Positions 7,632-16,851 of a DNA stretch of 58,457 nt are shown here, piece after piece. The notes beneath the pieces were generated by a model, which ran no database searches, was not told the DNA's origin, and saw nothing but the letters and a program-made list of their open reading frames with translations. The translations under genes were made by a program, and so were the position numbers. Location: the NCBI GenBank assembly GCA_964414675.1, contig CAYPYF010000007.1:1-58457 (forward strand), in the 5' to 3' direction. The number at the start of each line of letters is the position of its first letter. Position 1 is the first letter of the stretch. This DNA comes from an uncultured Dehalococcoidaceae bacterium. GTDB taxonomy: Bacteria > Chloroflexota > Dehalococcoidia > UBA2979.

Positions 7632-8690
7632 ATGCTACGGATCATTGGCGCGGGCCTGCTGATGGTGATCGCCGCGATCGCGGTGCTCACGGTCACTCCT
7701 CAAGAGAAGACATCGCTGCGCGCCGCCGTGAACGCAGGACCTTCGCACGTGCTGGACTGGGCGCAGGAGACCGCGTCACGTCGGCTCGGCATGGACTCCG
7801 AGGATGAGCCGGGCGGTAGCCCAGGCGGTTCAATCGGGACGAGCGCATCCACGGCCTCGGACCGCAACTCAGAGGTCGCACCATCGTCCGGAACGACGGA
7901 GGCCCCAACGTCTGCGAACACGTCGAACATCCCCGGCACCCCGGCCACATCCGGCGTGCCGGGTGCACCAGCCGATCTCCAGAACGGCACCGGAAGCCCC
8001 GGCCCGCGGGTCGTGTCGAGCATCGACGGCGGCGGGGACGGGGGACCTCAACTCGGGGCCGGCGCACCGAGCCCGTTGGAGGCCCAGGGCGGCCCGGCGC
8101 CAACGCCGACAGCGGCACCTGCGGTCGTACTGAATCACATCGCCAGCGGCACACCAGCCCCCGCAGCGCCGTCTGCGACCCCGTCCGCGGCGGCCACCCC
8201 GTTGCCGACCGCCCTCGCCCCGACACCCTCGGCCACCCAGCCGCCGATGGCCACGGTCACCTCGATGCCCCCGGCATCGATGGCCGCGGTGCCTGACAAC
8301 GCGGGGCTGGCGTCGGCACTGCTCGCGGCGATCAACGAGGCGCGAGCGGCCGAGGGGCTGCCGGCCCTGAACGCCCACACGACGCTCGGAACGATCGCCG
8401 CCGGGCACGCCTCTGACATCGCCGCGCAGCGCCGGCTGTCGCACAACGGTTCGGACGGCAGCAGCCTGAGCGGACGTCTGAACCGCGGAGGAGCGGCGTT
8501 CGGGGCGGCTGGCGAGAACGTCGGACGGGGGCGGGGCGGGGCAGCCGGGATGCCCGAGATCGTGCGCGCCTTCCTCGCCAGCCCCGTGCATCGCGCCAAC
8601 ATCCTGAATCCGGTCTTTCAGAAGGTTGGCCTGGGGGTCGTCGGGGAGAGCGACGGCACCAGCTGGGTCACGGTGGTCTTCACGGACTGA
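7632..8690 (+). CDS. Secreted/membrane-anchored CAP (SCP-like) domain protein with Pro/Ala/Thr-rich linker
   Basis: GGAGG RBS before ATG 7632, N-terminal hydrophobic helix. INEARAAEGLPAL, LSHNG, GENVG, SPVHRANIL...VGLG...WVTVVF. Confidence 0.88.
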   Translation: MLRIIGAGLLMVIAAIAVLTVTPQEKTSLRAAVNAGPSHVLDWAQETASRRLGMDSEDEPGGSPGGSIGTSASTASDRNSEVAPSSGTTEAPTSANTSNIPGTPATSGVPGAPADLQNGTGSPGPRVVSSIDGGGDGGPQLGAGAPSPLEAQGGPAPTPTAAPAVVLNHIASGTPAPAAPSATPSAAATPLPTALAPTPSATQPPMATVTSMPPASMAAVPDNAGLASALLAAINEARAAEGLPALNAHTTLGTIAAGHASDIAAQRRLSHNGSDGSSLSGRLNRGGAAFGAAGENVGRGRGGAAGMPEIVRAFLASPVHRANILNPVFQKVGLGVVGESDGTSWVTVVFTD

Positions 8691-8831
8691 CCTCCGCCAG
8701 GACGCGACGTTCTTTACAGATCCCGACACCCGCTCCACGGCCCATCACGACCTGCCGACGACTCGTGGAGGTCCCGCGCGATAGCCTTCCGGCATGGACG
8801 ACGCGCACGGGACCGGCTCGAGGCGACCACG

Positions 8832-9293
8832 ATGACGCTCATCGTGCTGGTCGAACACTCGGACGTCACCCGGACGCACCTGAAGCGCGGCCTGGAGGCA
8901 GCAGGGCTCGAGGTGGTGGCGACACAGGGTGGCGCAGAGACGCTCCGGCTACTGGTGGACACCCCGGCCGACCTCGCCATCGTCGACCTCGATGTGTCCG
9001 ACCTCGGCGGCCCGCAGTTGATCCGGGCGATCCGCTTCACGTATGACCTGGCTGTCCTCGCGCTGTCGGAATCGCACGACGCCTCGGGGGGCACGCGTGC
9101 ATCCCTCGCGGGTGCGGACCGGACGATCCGGAAGCTGGGAGACCCCGCCCGGCTCGTCCACGAGGTGATCAGCTGGGTGTACCGCCACGACCATCCTGAC
9201 CGCTGGGTGCAGGCGCGCCCGTTCGCACCTCCGATGGCGACAGCGAGTACCGCGGGCGGTGGGATCCTCCTGCAGTGGCCGGGCAGCGGCTGA
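8832..9293 (+). CDS. Stand-alone response-regulator receiver domain
   Basis: LIVLVEHS, AIVDLD (Asp kept), LALS (Ser kept), GAD.TIRK (Lys kept). No output domain. Confidence 0.75.
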   Translation: MTLIVLVEHSDVTRTHLKRGLEAAGLEVVATQGGAETLRLLVDTPADLAIVDLDVSDLGGPQLIRAIRFTYDLAVLALSESHDASGGTRASLAGADRTIRKLGDPARLVHEVISWVYRHDHPDRWVQARPFAPPMATASTAGGGILLQWPGSG

Positions 9294-9373
9294 CCACGTA
9301 CACGGCCGAGAAACGACAGGAGCCGGCGAATCGCCGGCTCCTGTCGTCAGGGCCTCGGTGGAGACTGGCTCGA

Positions 9374-10141
9374 CTAGCGCCCGAACGCGAGTGCGAGTTC
9401 GGGAGTCCGCGAGAACTCGGCCGCTTCCGTCCGGCGGAACGTCTCGACTGGGAGCCGCGCCAGGCGGTACCCGACGCCCCACTCGCTGACCAGGTACTGC
9501 GGGCTCTTGGGGTTGTCCTCGAGCTTCTGCCGCAGGTAGCCGGCGTAGACTCGGAGGTACTGCACGTCGTTCAGGTATTCCTCGCCCCACACCGTGGTGA
9601 GGAGGAAGCGGTGCGGTACGGTCTGGCCGACCTGGCTGGCGAGGGCGTCCAGGAAGCGATATTCGGTGTTCGAGAGGGACACCGGGACGCCGTGCTTCTT
9701 CACCGACCGCGCGTCGCGGTCGATGGTCAACGCCCCGGTCTCAACGACTCGCAGCGCCGCGGGGCGGGTGGCGACCCGCTGGTACCGACGTACCGCAGCG
9801 TGCACACGTGCGAGGAGCTCAACCGCCGCGCAGGACTTCGTGATGACGTCGTCCGCGCCGGCGTCCAGGGCCCGCACGATGTCCGCCGAGTCGTCGGCAT
9901 CGTCGACCAGTCCCACGATCGGGACATCGCAAGCCGCGCGAAGGATCCGGATCAGCTCAAGCCCCCCGACACCGCCAGCATCGAGGTCCACGAGCGCCAG
10001 GTCCGGGCGTTCCTCGTATGTCGTGCGAAGCGCCGAAACGCTGTCTGTCGCCTCGGCCACATCGAATCCATCGGTCTGGAGGATGCGCGCCACCCGTGCC
10101 CGGATGTCGTCCCGCATCTCGATTACTGCAACCAGTGCCAT
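9374..10141 (-). CDS. OmpR/KdpE-like winged-helix response regulator, atypical receiver
   Basis: Receiver plus wHTH (YLRVYAGYLRQKLE...EWGVGYRL). The switch Thr is replaced (IVGLV) and KP is KS. Confidence 0.88.
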   Translation of the reverse strand: MALVAVIEMRDDIRARVARILQTDGFDVAEATDSVSALRTTYEERPDLALVDLDAGGVGGLELIRILRAACDVPIVGLVDDADDSADIVRALDAGADDVITKSCAAVELLARVHAAVRRYQRVATRPAALRVVETGALTIDRDARSVKKHGVPVSLSNTEYRFLDALASQVGQTVPHRFLLTTVWGEEYLNDVQYLRVYAGYLRQKLEDNPKSPQYLVSEWGVGYRLARLPVETFRRTEAAEFSRTPELALAFGR

Positions 10142-10692
10142 GCCCGCCTCCTGGTTTGTCTACGTTCCGATCAATCGATCAGAACTCAATCAGAAGATGG
10201 AAGGAACCTCCGGTTTTGTTTCGCATCACTATCTCTGGGTGGCTACCCGAATGAAATCGTCAGAAAACGTCGTCGAGTGCACCTCGCCGACCATCCATCG
10301 CCGTCCCTGAGGCGACGCGCCACTGATCGGGACAGCGCGAGGCCGTCGATCGGTCAGATCCGTTGCAGCCTAACGAATCTTTGCGTTTTCTCTTGAGCGG
10401 GCGCATATTCGCCAAGCGCAGGGCCCTCATCATGAGTGGGTGAAGATCAACCGTGATCGCCAGCCTGAGGGCCATCCTCATCGAGACGCTCGAGTCGCGC
10501 AGCGACCGGGCCTGACCGGCGCCGCCGCCCTGCTGGACTCCGTCGCACGGGCCGAACTCCGAGGCCGGCAAGAGCGCGTCCGGCAGCACCTGAAGCTGGC
10601 GATGCGTCCACGAGCCCAGGCCTGAGTCCACGTACCTCCGGAGGAGGGCGTGGGGTCTGATCCGGCGACGGACAGCGGGCCGCCCTCAAGCC

Positions 10693-12522
10693 CTACTTCC
10701 CGCGGGAATTGCCCTTCCCACCGCCTTCGTTGCCGTGCCCGACACCGTTATTGCCCGCCCCCGCGACGTTGTTGACCTGAGTTCCGCCATTGCTCGCCGC
10801 GGAGGCGGCGGCACCGTTGCCATTCCCGTTTCCGTTGTTGCCGTTGCCGTTGTTGCCGTTGCCGTTGTTGCCGTTGTTCCCGTTCCCGGGGAGTACGGCG
10901 CTTCCCGTGGCCGTGCTGGCCAGGCTGTTCTGGGACATGACCGGGATCGAGCCAGCGGCCGCTTTGGCGGCACCAGTTTCCGTGGCTCGACCGCGCGCGA
11001 TGCCAGCGCCCTGTGCCTTCACGGCGGCATCCGTGGACCCGTTTCCGGGCGCGTGTGACGGCGAGACATCGGCTCGCCCCTGCTTGAGCTGGCCAGGTGC
11101 CGAGTTCCTGCCGTTGCCGGACGTGCCCCCCGTGCCCGAGGCGTTGCTCGCGGGAGCTGCGCCCGAACCCGAGGCATTCTGAGCATGGACCGCAGGGCCT
11201 GTCGCGGCAGGCACCTCAGACATACCGGCGAGCGGCTGGGCTCCCGGGCTGTCCGACTCGGAGGGGGTTTCCACGGCGTCCTGTGACTCCGGGAGCTCCG
11301 AGGCGAGGCCCGCGGTCGTGACAAGTTCGTCTGCAACCGAAGGCGAGGGAATGTCGGCGAGGCGCTGGTCAGCGGCGAGCGCTGCTGGGGGAGTCGCGGT
11401 CGGTCGTGCGTCGAGTACGGCCTCGTGCGTGGATGGCCCGATCACATCGGCCGAGGCGTACGTCGCTGCCAGCGGTTCGGTCACGTGAGGGGCACGGTCG
11501 ACCGGGAGCATGGCGCCACCCGCGATCGTCGTCGTCGCGATCAGGGTGACGACGACGGCCGAGATGCCTGCGCTGGACGCCGACGTCGCAGCCATGGTGG
11601 CCACAGCGGCGCCACCTGCGGTTGTCGCCCCGGCGACGGTCGTCGCGCCTGCGGCGCCTCCGCCTGCACTGCCCCCGAGGCCGACGAGGCCCAACACTCG
11701 CTGCGCGGCTTCCGCGAGGAATCCAAGGAGTCCGCCGCCGGTGAGGCCGGGCATCGCGAGGCCACCCCAGTTGCGGTAGACGGCCTGGCCAGCCTGCATC
11801 GTCACGAACCGCTCGTTGCATTCGCCGCAGCCCTTGATGTGGGCGCGCACGTCTCGCGCGGTGCTCTCGTCGAGCTCTGCGTCGATCAGCTCGCTGATCC
11901 GGAGCGGGTTGGTCCCGCACCGCGACTGCCTGTCCTCGACGAGGTCAAAGATCCGGCGGAACCGGTCGCGGGCACGACACACCCGTACTTCGGCCGCGTT
12001 CCGGGAGATACCCAGCCTGGTCGCGATCTCGTCGTAGTCGAGACGAAGACGCTCGCGCATGTCCAGCACATCGCGGTCGGTCTGGGACAGCGAGCCGAGT
12101 GCTTCGCAGATCTTCCGTCGGTTGTCGCGGGAGAGCGTGTAGGCCTCGGGCGTCGGTTCGCTCAGGTCCTCGAACTCCTCGACTTCATCGTCCTCGTAGG
12201 TGTGGAAGGTCCGGACGTGGGCGCCTTGCTTCGAACGGCCCGCGACGAAGGTGAGGGCGGAGTTCCGGGCGATGCTCTTCAGCCAGGGCCGGAAGCGGTG
12301 GACATCGCGCAGCGAGTCCAACCGGGAGAACGCCCGGATCCACGTCTCCTGCTCGACGTCGCTCGCGTCGTCCGAGTCCGTCACGAAGCGGCGGACCAGG
12401 CGGCGCACCGTTTCGCCGTACTCGCCCATGAGCTCGCTGAACGCTTCGTCGTCGCCGGCACGAGCGCGGGCGACGAGGACGGGCTCCATTTCCGACGGTG
12501 AGAAGCGGTACGCGACAACCAT
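10693..12522 (-). CDS. ECF sigma factor fused to zinc-binding anti-sigma (HxxxCxxC) domain, hydrophobic/TM segment and Gly/Asn-rich tail
   Basis: Region 2 (DVEQETWIRAF...FRPWLKSIARN) and region 4 (LDYDEIATRLGISRNAAEVRVCRAR), then HIKGCGEC, hydrophobic stretch and GNGNN repeats. Start at ATG 12522 (GGAG RBS) or 12576. Confidence 0.88.
   Translation of the reverse strand: MVVAYRFSPSEMEPVLVARARAGDDEAFSELMGEYGETVRRLVRRFVTDSDDASDVEQETWIRAFSRLDSLRDVHRFRPWLKSIARNSALTFVAGRSKQGAHVRTFHTYEDDEVEEFEDLSEPTPEAYTLSRDNRRKICEALGSLSQTDRDVLDMRERLRLDYDEIATRLGISRNAAEVRVCRARDRFRRIFDLVEDRQSRCGTNPLRISELIDAELDESTARDVRAHIKGCGECNERFVTMQAGQAVYRNWGGLAMPGLTGGGLLGFLAEAAQRVLGLVGLGGSAGGGAAGATTVAGATTAGGAAVATMAATSASSAGISAVVVTLIATTTIAGGAMLPVDRAPHVTEPLAATYASADVIGPSTHEAVLDARPTATPPAALAADQRLADIPSPSVADELVTTAGLASELPESQDAVETPSESDSPGAQPLAGMSEVPAATGPAVHAQNASGSGAAPASNASGTGGTSGNGRNSAPGQLKQGRADVSPSHAPGNGSTDAAVKAQGAGIARGRATETGAAKAAAGSIPVMSQNSLASTATGSAVLPGNGNNGNNGNGNNGNGNNGNGNGNGAAASAASNGGTQVNNVAGAGNNGVGHGNEGGGKGNSRGK
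10813..10887. repeat. Gly/Asn codon microsatellite (GCCGTT/GTT units) in the ECF tail
   Basis: Tandem GTTGCCGTTGCCGTT-type units encoding GNGNNGNNGNGNNGNGNNGNG. Confidence 0.85.
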
Positions 12523-12850
12523 GCTGTGCTCCGGGTCCCCATTCGGGGACTGGCCGCCCGGATCGCTGCGCTCCATCCGGAGTCGCTACCCAGCCACACT
12601 ACTGAGGGACACCCCTCTCCTCGCTTAGCGCTAACCCTGATCTTTGTGCTCCGCTTCCTTAGGGGAGCAATGAGAAGTCTTTCGAGAAGTACGACGCCCG
12701 AAATTCCGGCCTCGATGTGGGCCACCAAATGAGGCGGCGTCAGTCGGGTAAACAGAAGAATCAGGGTGAACCCCTACGACGGCGCTGTAAGCAATGGCCT
12801 CGGCGGCCGTCTAAGCACCTACACGCGTAACACGTGAACAGGAGCACACC

Positions 12851-13057
12851 ATGACGCCAGCCCTCTCCATGCAACTCGCCACCGAACTTCGCGACACGAT
12901 CCTCCAGGACCTCGTCGCCGTCAGCATGATGGTGAAGTTCGCCCAGGCGAAGCCCGAGACGAGCGACAAGCAGGTCCTGCAGAAGGCCGAGTCGATCCTG
13001 CGGACGGACCTGGACCAGCTCCGGCTGGTGATCTCGCGCCTCGGGCCGCCAGCCTAG
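12851..13057 (+). CDS. Stand-alone HisKA_3-like dimerisation (DHp) microprotein lacking the phospho-His
   Basis: AGGAG RBS. LATELRDTILQDL...LRLVISRLGP aligns with the HisKA_3 pattern IARELHD..Q.L...R.li..LrP, with H replaced by R. Confidence 0.65.
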   Translation: MTPALSMQLATELRDTILQDLVAVSMMVKFAQAKPETSDKQVLQKAESILRTDLDQLRLVISRLGPPA

Positions 13058-13120
13058 TCGTCGCGATGCTGTCCACCGACGCACCGTCCGAGGTGCACCA
13101 GGACCGTACGGGATCTGACC

Positions 13121-13894
13121 ATGACCGCCCTTCCACTCGTCCTCATCGCAGAGCCTGACCAGGCCGCCCGGATCGGGTTGTCTCGCGCCCTCGAGCAGCA
13201 GGGGTACCGGGTCGTCGAGGCCGGCGATGGCCCGTACGCCGTGCGCCAGGCGTTCAGCACGTCACCTGATGCGGTCATCCTCAACCTGTCGCTGCCACTC
13301 CTCAGCGGACTGGAGTTGGTGAAGTTGCTCCGCGCGGCGTCCGACATGGCGATCATCACGGTGACCGACAGCCCCTCCAGCCAGCTCGCGATCCGCGTGC
13401 TGGACTCCGGCGCGGACGACTACCTCCCGGCGAACATCCCACCGAGGGAGATCGTCGCCCGGATCCAGTCCGCGCTGCGGCGGGTCACCAGACAGGCGTC
13501 CATCGCGATCGCCGCAACCCCTGCGTACTCGGACAGTGCGGTGGTGCGGACCGGTGACCTGGAGATCGACCTGGACCACTACTCCGTGCGGAAGAATGGC
13601 GCCGAGCTGCAGATGACCCGTCTGGAGCATCTGCTGCTGCGAGCCCTCGCGCGGCGGATGGGCCAGGTGGCGCCGCACCGCTACCTGATGACCGAGGTCT
13701 GGGGCTCCGAGTACCTGGACGACACGCATTACTTGCGCGGTTATGTCGCTTCGCTCCGAAACAAGCTCGAGGCAGACCCCTCGCGCCCGCGGTTGCTCCT
13801 GACCGAGTGGGGCGTCGGCTACCGCCTGGAAGCGCTCCCCGTGGAGACGGAGGTCGCGCCGACCCGCGAGCTCGTCGAGGCTGCCAGCGCCTAG
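13121..13894 (+). CDS. OmpR/KdpE-like response regulator with pseudo-receiver (phospho-Asp replaced by Asn)
   Basis: PDAVILNLSLP (N at the Asp site), Lys absent (YLPAN). Intact wHTH HYLRGYVASLRNKLE...EWGVGYRL. Confidence 0.88.
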   Translation: MTALPLVLIAEPDQAARIGLSRALEQQGYRVVEAGDGPYAVRQAFSTSPDAVILNLSLPLLSGLELVKLLRAASDMAIITVTDSPSSQLAIRVLDSGADDYLPANIPPREIVARIQSALRRVTRQASIAIAATPAYSDSAVVRTGDLEIDLDHYSVRKNGAELQMTRLEHLLLRALARRMGQVAPHRYLMTEVWGSEYLDDTHYLRGYVASLRNKLEADPSRPRLLLTEWGVGYRLEALPVETEVAPTRELVEAASA

Positions 13895-14079
13895 GCGGCG
13901 CCGGCCTGCCGCGCCGCTCCTCGGGCGGTGACGAGCAGCATCGCGGAGCTGGTGATCGGCGTCGCCACAGCGTCCAGAAGACGCGCGCTGGTGGCGAAGG
14001 AGTCCGCTACGGCCTCGAGGTCGTCCTCGGTACCGGGGAAGGCGATGAGGTTGCGGAGCGGACGGGCGCGGTTCTCCAT
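13891..14079 (-). CDS. Small hypothetical protein
   Basis: 62-aa ORF filling the gap, with its stop overlapping the regulator stop (CTAG). No clear RBS. Confidence 0.3.
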   Translation of the reverse strand: MENRARPLRNLIAFPGTEDDLEAVADSFATSARLLDAVATPITSSAMLLVTARGAARQAGAA

Positions 14080-14207
14080 GCGGCGATCATCGGCAGCCTG
14101 GACGCGGACTTAAGGGGTCCGCCGCAGAATTCTCCTGATCCTGGCCCCTGCTGTCCCCGGTCGCCCAGTCCCCCGTGCGGGCAGACCCTTGGGGGCGGCG
14201 GGCGAAA

Positions 14208-14235
14208 GAGAGGGGGCGCGTACGCGCCCCCTCTC
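14208..14235. terminator. Perfect GC-rich palindrome, probable terminator of the DUF11 gene
   Basis: GAGAGGGGGCGCG-TA-CGCGCCCCCTCTC, 48 nt past stop 14283. Confidence 0.7.
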
Positions 14236-14282
14236 CTCAAGACTCATGCGTAAGTCAGGCTCATCCAATAAGAGGGACGCCG

Positions 14283-16256
14283 CTAGGCTTGGCCCGACTT
14301 CTTGGACTTGTCGACGGTGCAGCCCAGTTCGTTCTGCTCCGCCAGCGTGTTGTGGACATTGTTGATCTGGGTGGCGTTGCCACTGTCGATCGCTGCCTTC
14401 ACCATCGCCTTGATCTCAGCCTCGGTGTACTTGTAGTCCACCTCGCCGCTCACGGCGTTCAGGAGTGCCGCAACCGCGTGCCGAGCAAGCGCGTTGACGT
14501 CACCACCGTTGGCCTCGACGGCCTGGAGCATGGTCGGGTTCGCGTACGTAGTCTTGCCGGTGCCCCGAAGGGTCACGTCGACGTCGAACACGGCCTCGAA
14601 CGACTGACCAGGCGTGTAGCCGATCCAGTACTGGAAGTGCTGGGACTGGCGCCAGAAGCCCGGGGTACAACCCGCGAAGTCGTCACACACAACGGTGATC
14701 GAGGCCGTGGACGAGTTGTTGTTCGGGTTGGTGTCACCGAGAGCGGTCACGGTCGCCGTGTTCTCAATAACTCCACACCCGTCCACAGCGGTCGTCTTGG
14801 AGACCGTCACCTGGAACGTGGCGCCATTCGCCAGCGTGCCAATGTCACAGTTCAGCGTGTCGTTCGCCCCGGGGGTGATGGTGCAGCTGGCGCTGTTCTC
14901 AGACCAGCCGGTGCCCGGCAGGTTGTCGGTCAGCGTCACACCAGTCGCCGTACCCGGGCCGTTGCCCGTCACCGTGATGAGGAATGCAGCCACGTCACCG
15001 GCGTTGATCGGGCTGTTGTCAGCCGTCTTCAGTACCGACACGTCCGGGCAGTTCACCACGATGCTCGCGGACGAGCTGTTGTTCTGCGAGTTGGTGTCCC
15101 CAGTGGCGGTCACCGTGGCCGTGTTCGGCAGCGTGCCACACTGAGCGTGGGTCGTCGTCTTGGAGACCGTCACCTGGAACGTGGCGCCATTCGCCAGCGT
15201 GCCAATGTCACAGTTCAGCGTGTCGTTCGCCCCGGGGGTGATGGTGCAGCTGGCGCTGTCCTCAGACCAGCCGGTGCCCGGCAGGTTGTCGGTCAGCGTC
15301 ACACCAGTCGCGGTACCCGGGCCGTTGCCCGTCACCGTGATCAGGAATGCGGCCACGTCGCCGGCGTTGATCGGACTGTTGTCAGCCGTCTTCAGCACCG
15401 ACACGTCCGGGCAGTTCACCACGATGGAGGCATCGTCGGTGTTGTTGTCCAGCTTGGTCTGGTCCTCGTTCGTCGCGGCGACCGTCGCGGTGTTCGGCAG
15501 GGTGCCGCACTGCGCGGTAGTCGTCGTCTTCGAGACAGTGACTGAGGCCGTCGCACCCTGGACCATGTCGCCGAAGGTGCAGTTGAGTGCATCGTTCGCG
15601 GCCGGGGTGATCGTGCAGCTCGCGCTGTTCTCGGACCAGCCCGTGCCCACCAGCGTGTCGGAGAGCGTCACGCCCGTGGCAGTGCCGGGGCCGAGGTTCT
15701 CCACCTCGATGGTGTACGACGCGACGTCGCCAGCGTTGATCGGGCTGTTGTCAGCCGTCTTCGTCACCTTGACGTCCGGGAACTGGGCGTTGACCGAGGT
15801 CTGCTTCTGGCCCGTCGAGGGGCTGCTGAAGCCGTCCTGTAGCGTGCCATTCCACGACACCGTCGCTGTCCACGTGTTGCCGACGAGGTGTGCAGCGTTC
15901 GCTACGTACACTTCGTCCTCGACGAACGCGACAGCGGACGGGTTCGGGTAGTTGAACGGTCCGTAGTTGTAGACCGAGCCGTCCGGCAATGTCAGCGTCA
16001 GCGTCCGGCCGGTGATGTCGCACCCGTCCGCAGACGCCGGGTTCCCAGCCGAGACGGTGAACGTGATCGGATCGCCGATCGCTGCTGTTGCAGACGACCG
16101 CGCGATGTTCACCACGCTGTTGTCCGCGTTACAGCCGTCTGGAGAACCGACCGCGAAGGCTGTCCGCGGAGTCACCAGCGTCATAGCCAGCATGGCGAGA
16201 ATCGCCGCGACGACGATCAGAGCCGTCTTCTGCTTACCAAATGCTGAACTCAGCAT
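14283..16256 (-). CDS. Secreted DUF11-type Ig-like repeat surface protein with C-terminal GCTPGFW domain
   Basis: GAGGAG RBS before ATG 16256, signal peptide (...RTAFA), three DUF11 repeats (V.KTAD...V.YTI.V.N.GPGTATGV...NTATV), C-terminal GCTPGFWRQ...ARHAVAALLNA. No LPxTG. Confidence 0.85.
   Translation of the reverse strand: MLSSAFGKQKTALIVVAAILAMLAMTLVTPRTAFAVGSPDGCNADNSVVNIARSSATAAIGDPITFTVSAGNPASADGCDITGRTLTLTLPDGSVYNYGPFNYPNPSAVAFVEDEVYVANAAHLVGNTWTATVSWNGTLQDGFSSPSTGQKQTSVNAQFPDVKVTKTADNSPINAGDVASYTIEVENLGPGTATGVTLSDTLVGTGWSENSASCTITPAANDALNCTFGDMVQGATASVTVSKTTTTAQCGTLPNTATVAATNEDQTKLDNNTDDASIVVNCPDVSVLKTADNSPINAGDVAAFLITVTGNGPGTATGVTLTDNLPGTGWSEDSASCTITPGANDTLNCDIGTLANGATFQVTVSKTTTHAQCGTLPNTATVTATGDTNSQNNSSSASIVVNCPDVSVLKTADNSPINAGDVAAFLITVTGNGPGTATGVTLTDNLPGTGWSENSASCTITPGANDTLNCDIGTLANGATFQVTVSKTTAVDGCGVIENTATVTALGDTNPNNNSSTASITVVCDDFAGCTPGFWRQSQHFQYWIGYTPGQSFEAVFDVDVTLRGTGKTTYANPTMLQAVEANGGDVNALARHAVAALLNAVSGEVDYKYTEAEIKAMVKAAIDSGNATQINNVHNTLAEQNELGCTVDKSKKSGQA
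14695..15423. repeat. Near-identical 363-bp tandem duplication (two DUF11 domains)
   Basis: Matching anchors GTTCACCACG end at 15060 and 15423 (offset 363 nt = 121 aa). The translated units are almost identical. Confidence 0.9.
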
Positions 16257-16525
16257 ACGTATCTCCTCATGATGTTCCTGGTGGGCGAGGCGACCAAAGC
16301 GCCTCACGTTTCGGGCTAACGCCCGCCACACACCCCCTCTCGCTGGCATCCATGCCGTCGCTAGCCTCGAAGGGCGCATAGCCCCGAGGGTTGATTACCG
16401 ACCTCTGAACGACGGTAGGAGGCGGACGGCGTCGACTCGCTAAGGAGTCATAAGACGCGCGACAGACAAAGAAAGAGGGCGGCCGTTCCTCTTACGGAAT
16501 CCTGAGGTGCGGGGACGGCGAATAG

Positions 16526-16559
16526 CAGCAGGCCCGCCGTGGGTACGGCGGGCCTGCTG
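16526..16559. terminator. 15-bp perfect inverted repeat, probable terminator
   Basis: CAGCAGGCCCGCCGT-GGGT-ACGGCGGGCCTGCTG, downstream of the 16612 gene. Confidence 0.75.
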
Positions 16560-16611
16560 GGTGGAGCCTCGGGCGGGAGGATCCCGAGGGCAGCACCGGG
16601 GCGGGGCGCTC

Positions 16612-16833
16612 CTAGTAGTAGGGGCTCGCGTAGACCTGTCGGAGCGAACTGAGGGACCTCCACCCGATCATCGCGAAGAAGCCTGCGACGGGGATCATGA
16701 AGGCGCCGGCGGGGTCAAACTGCAGGGTGAGCCACACCGCCCAGAGGACGGTCATCGCGGACGCGAGCAGGAACTTCCACGCCACATAGGCGTAGAAGCC
16801 GACGTAGACGATCCGCTGCATCTTCGAGTACAC
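16612..16833 (-). CDS. 73-aa membrane protein of unknown family (paralog 1)
   Basis: Hydrophobic, AWK.L...DPAGA.MIP.AGF...PYY. Gapless paralog at 18598..18819. Confidence 0.8.
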   Translation of the reverse strand: MYSKMQRIVYVGFYAYVAWKFLLASAMTVLWAVWLTLQFDPAGAFMIPVAGFFAMIGWRSLSSLRQVYASPYY

Positions 16834-16851
16834 GGGGCGTCTCCAGATCGG

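Noticed and set aside
10440-10625. 61-aa ORF (and an overlapping 20-aa ORF from 10453) between the regulator and the ECF stop
   Set aside because: No convincing RBS or motif, and it cannot be told apart from chance ORFs.
14695-15423. 363-bp repeat pair as a diversity-generating retroelement TR/VR
   Set aside because: Both copies are in-frame domains of one gene, differences are not confined to adenines, and there is no reverse transcriptase in the window.
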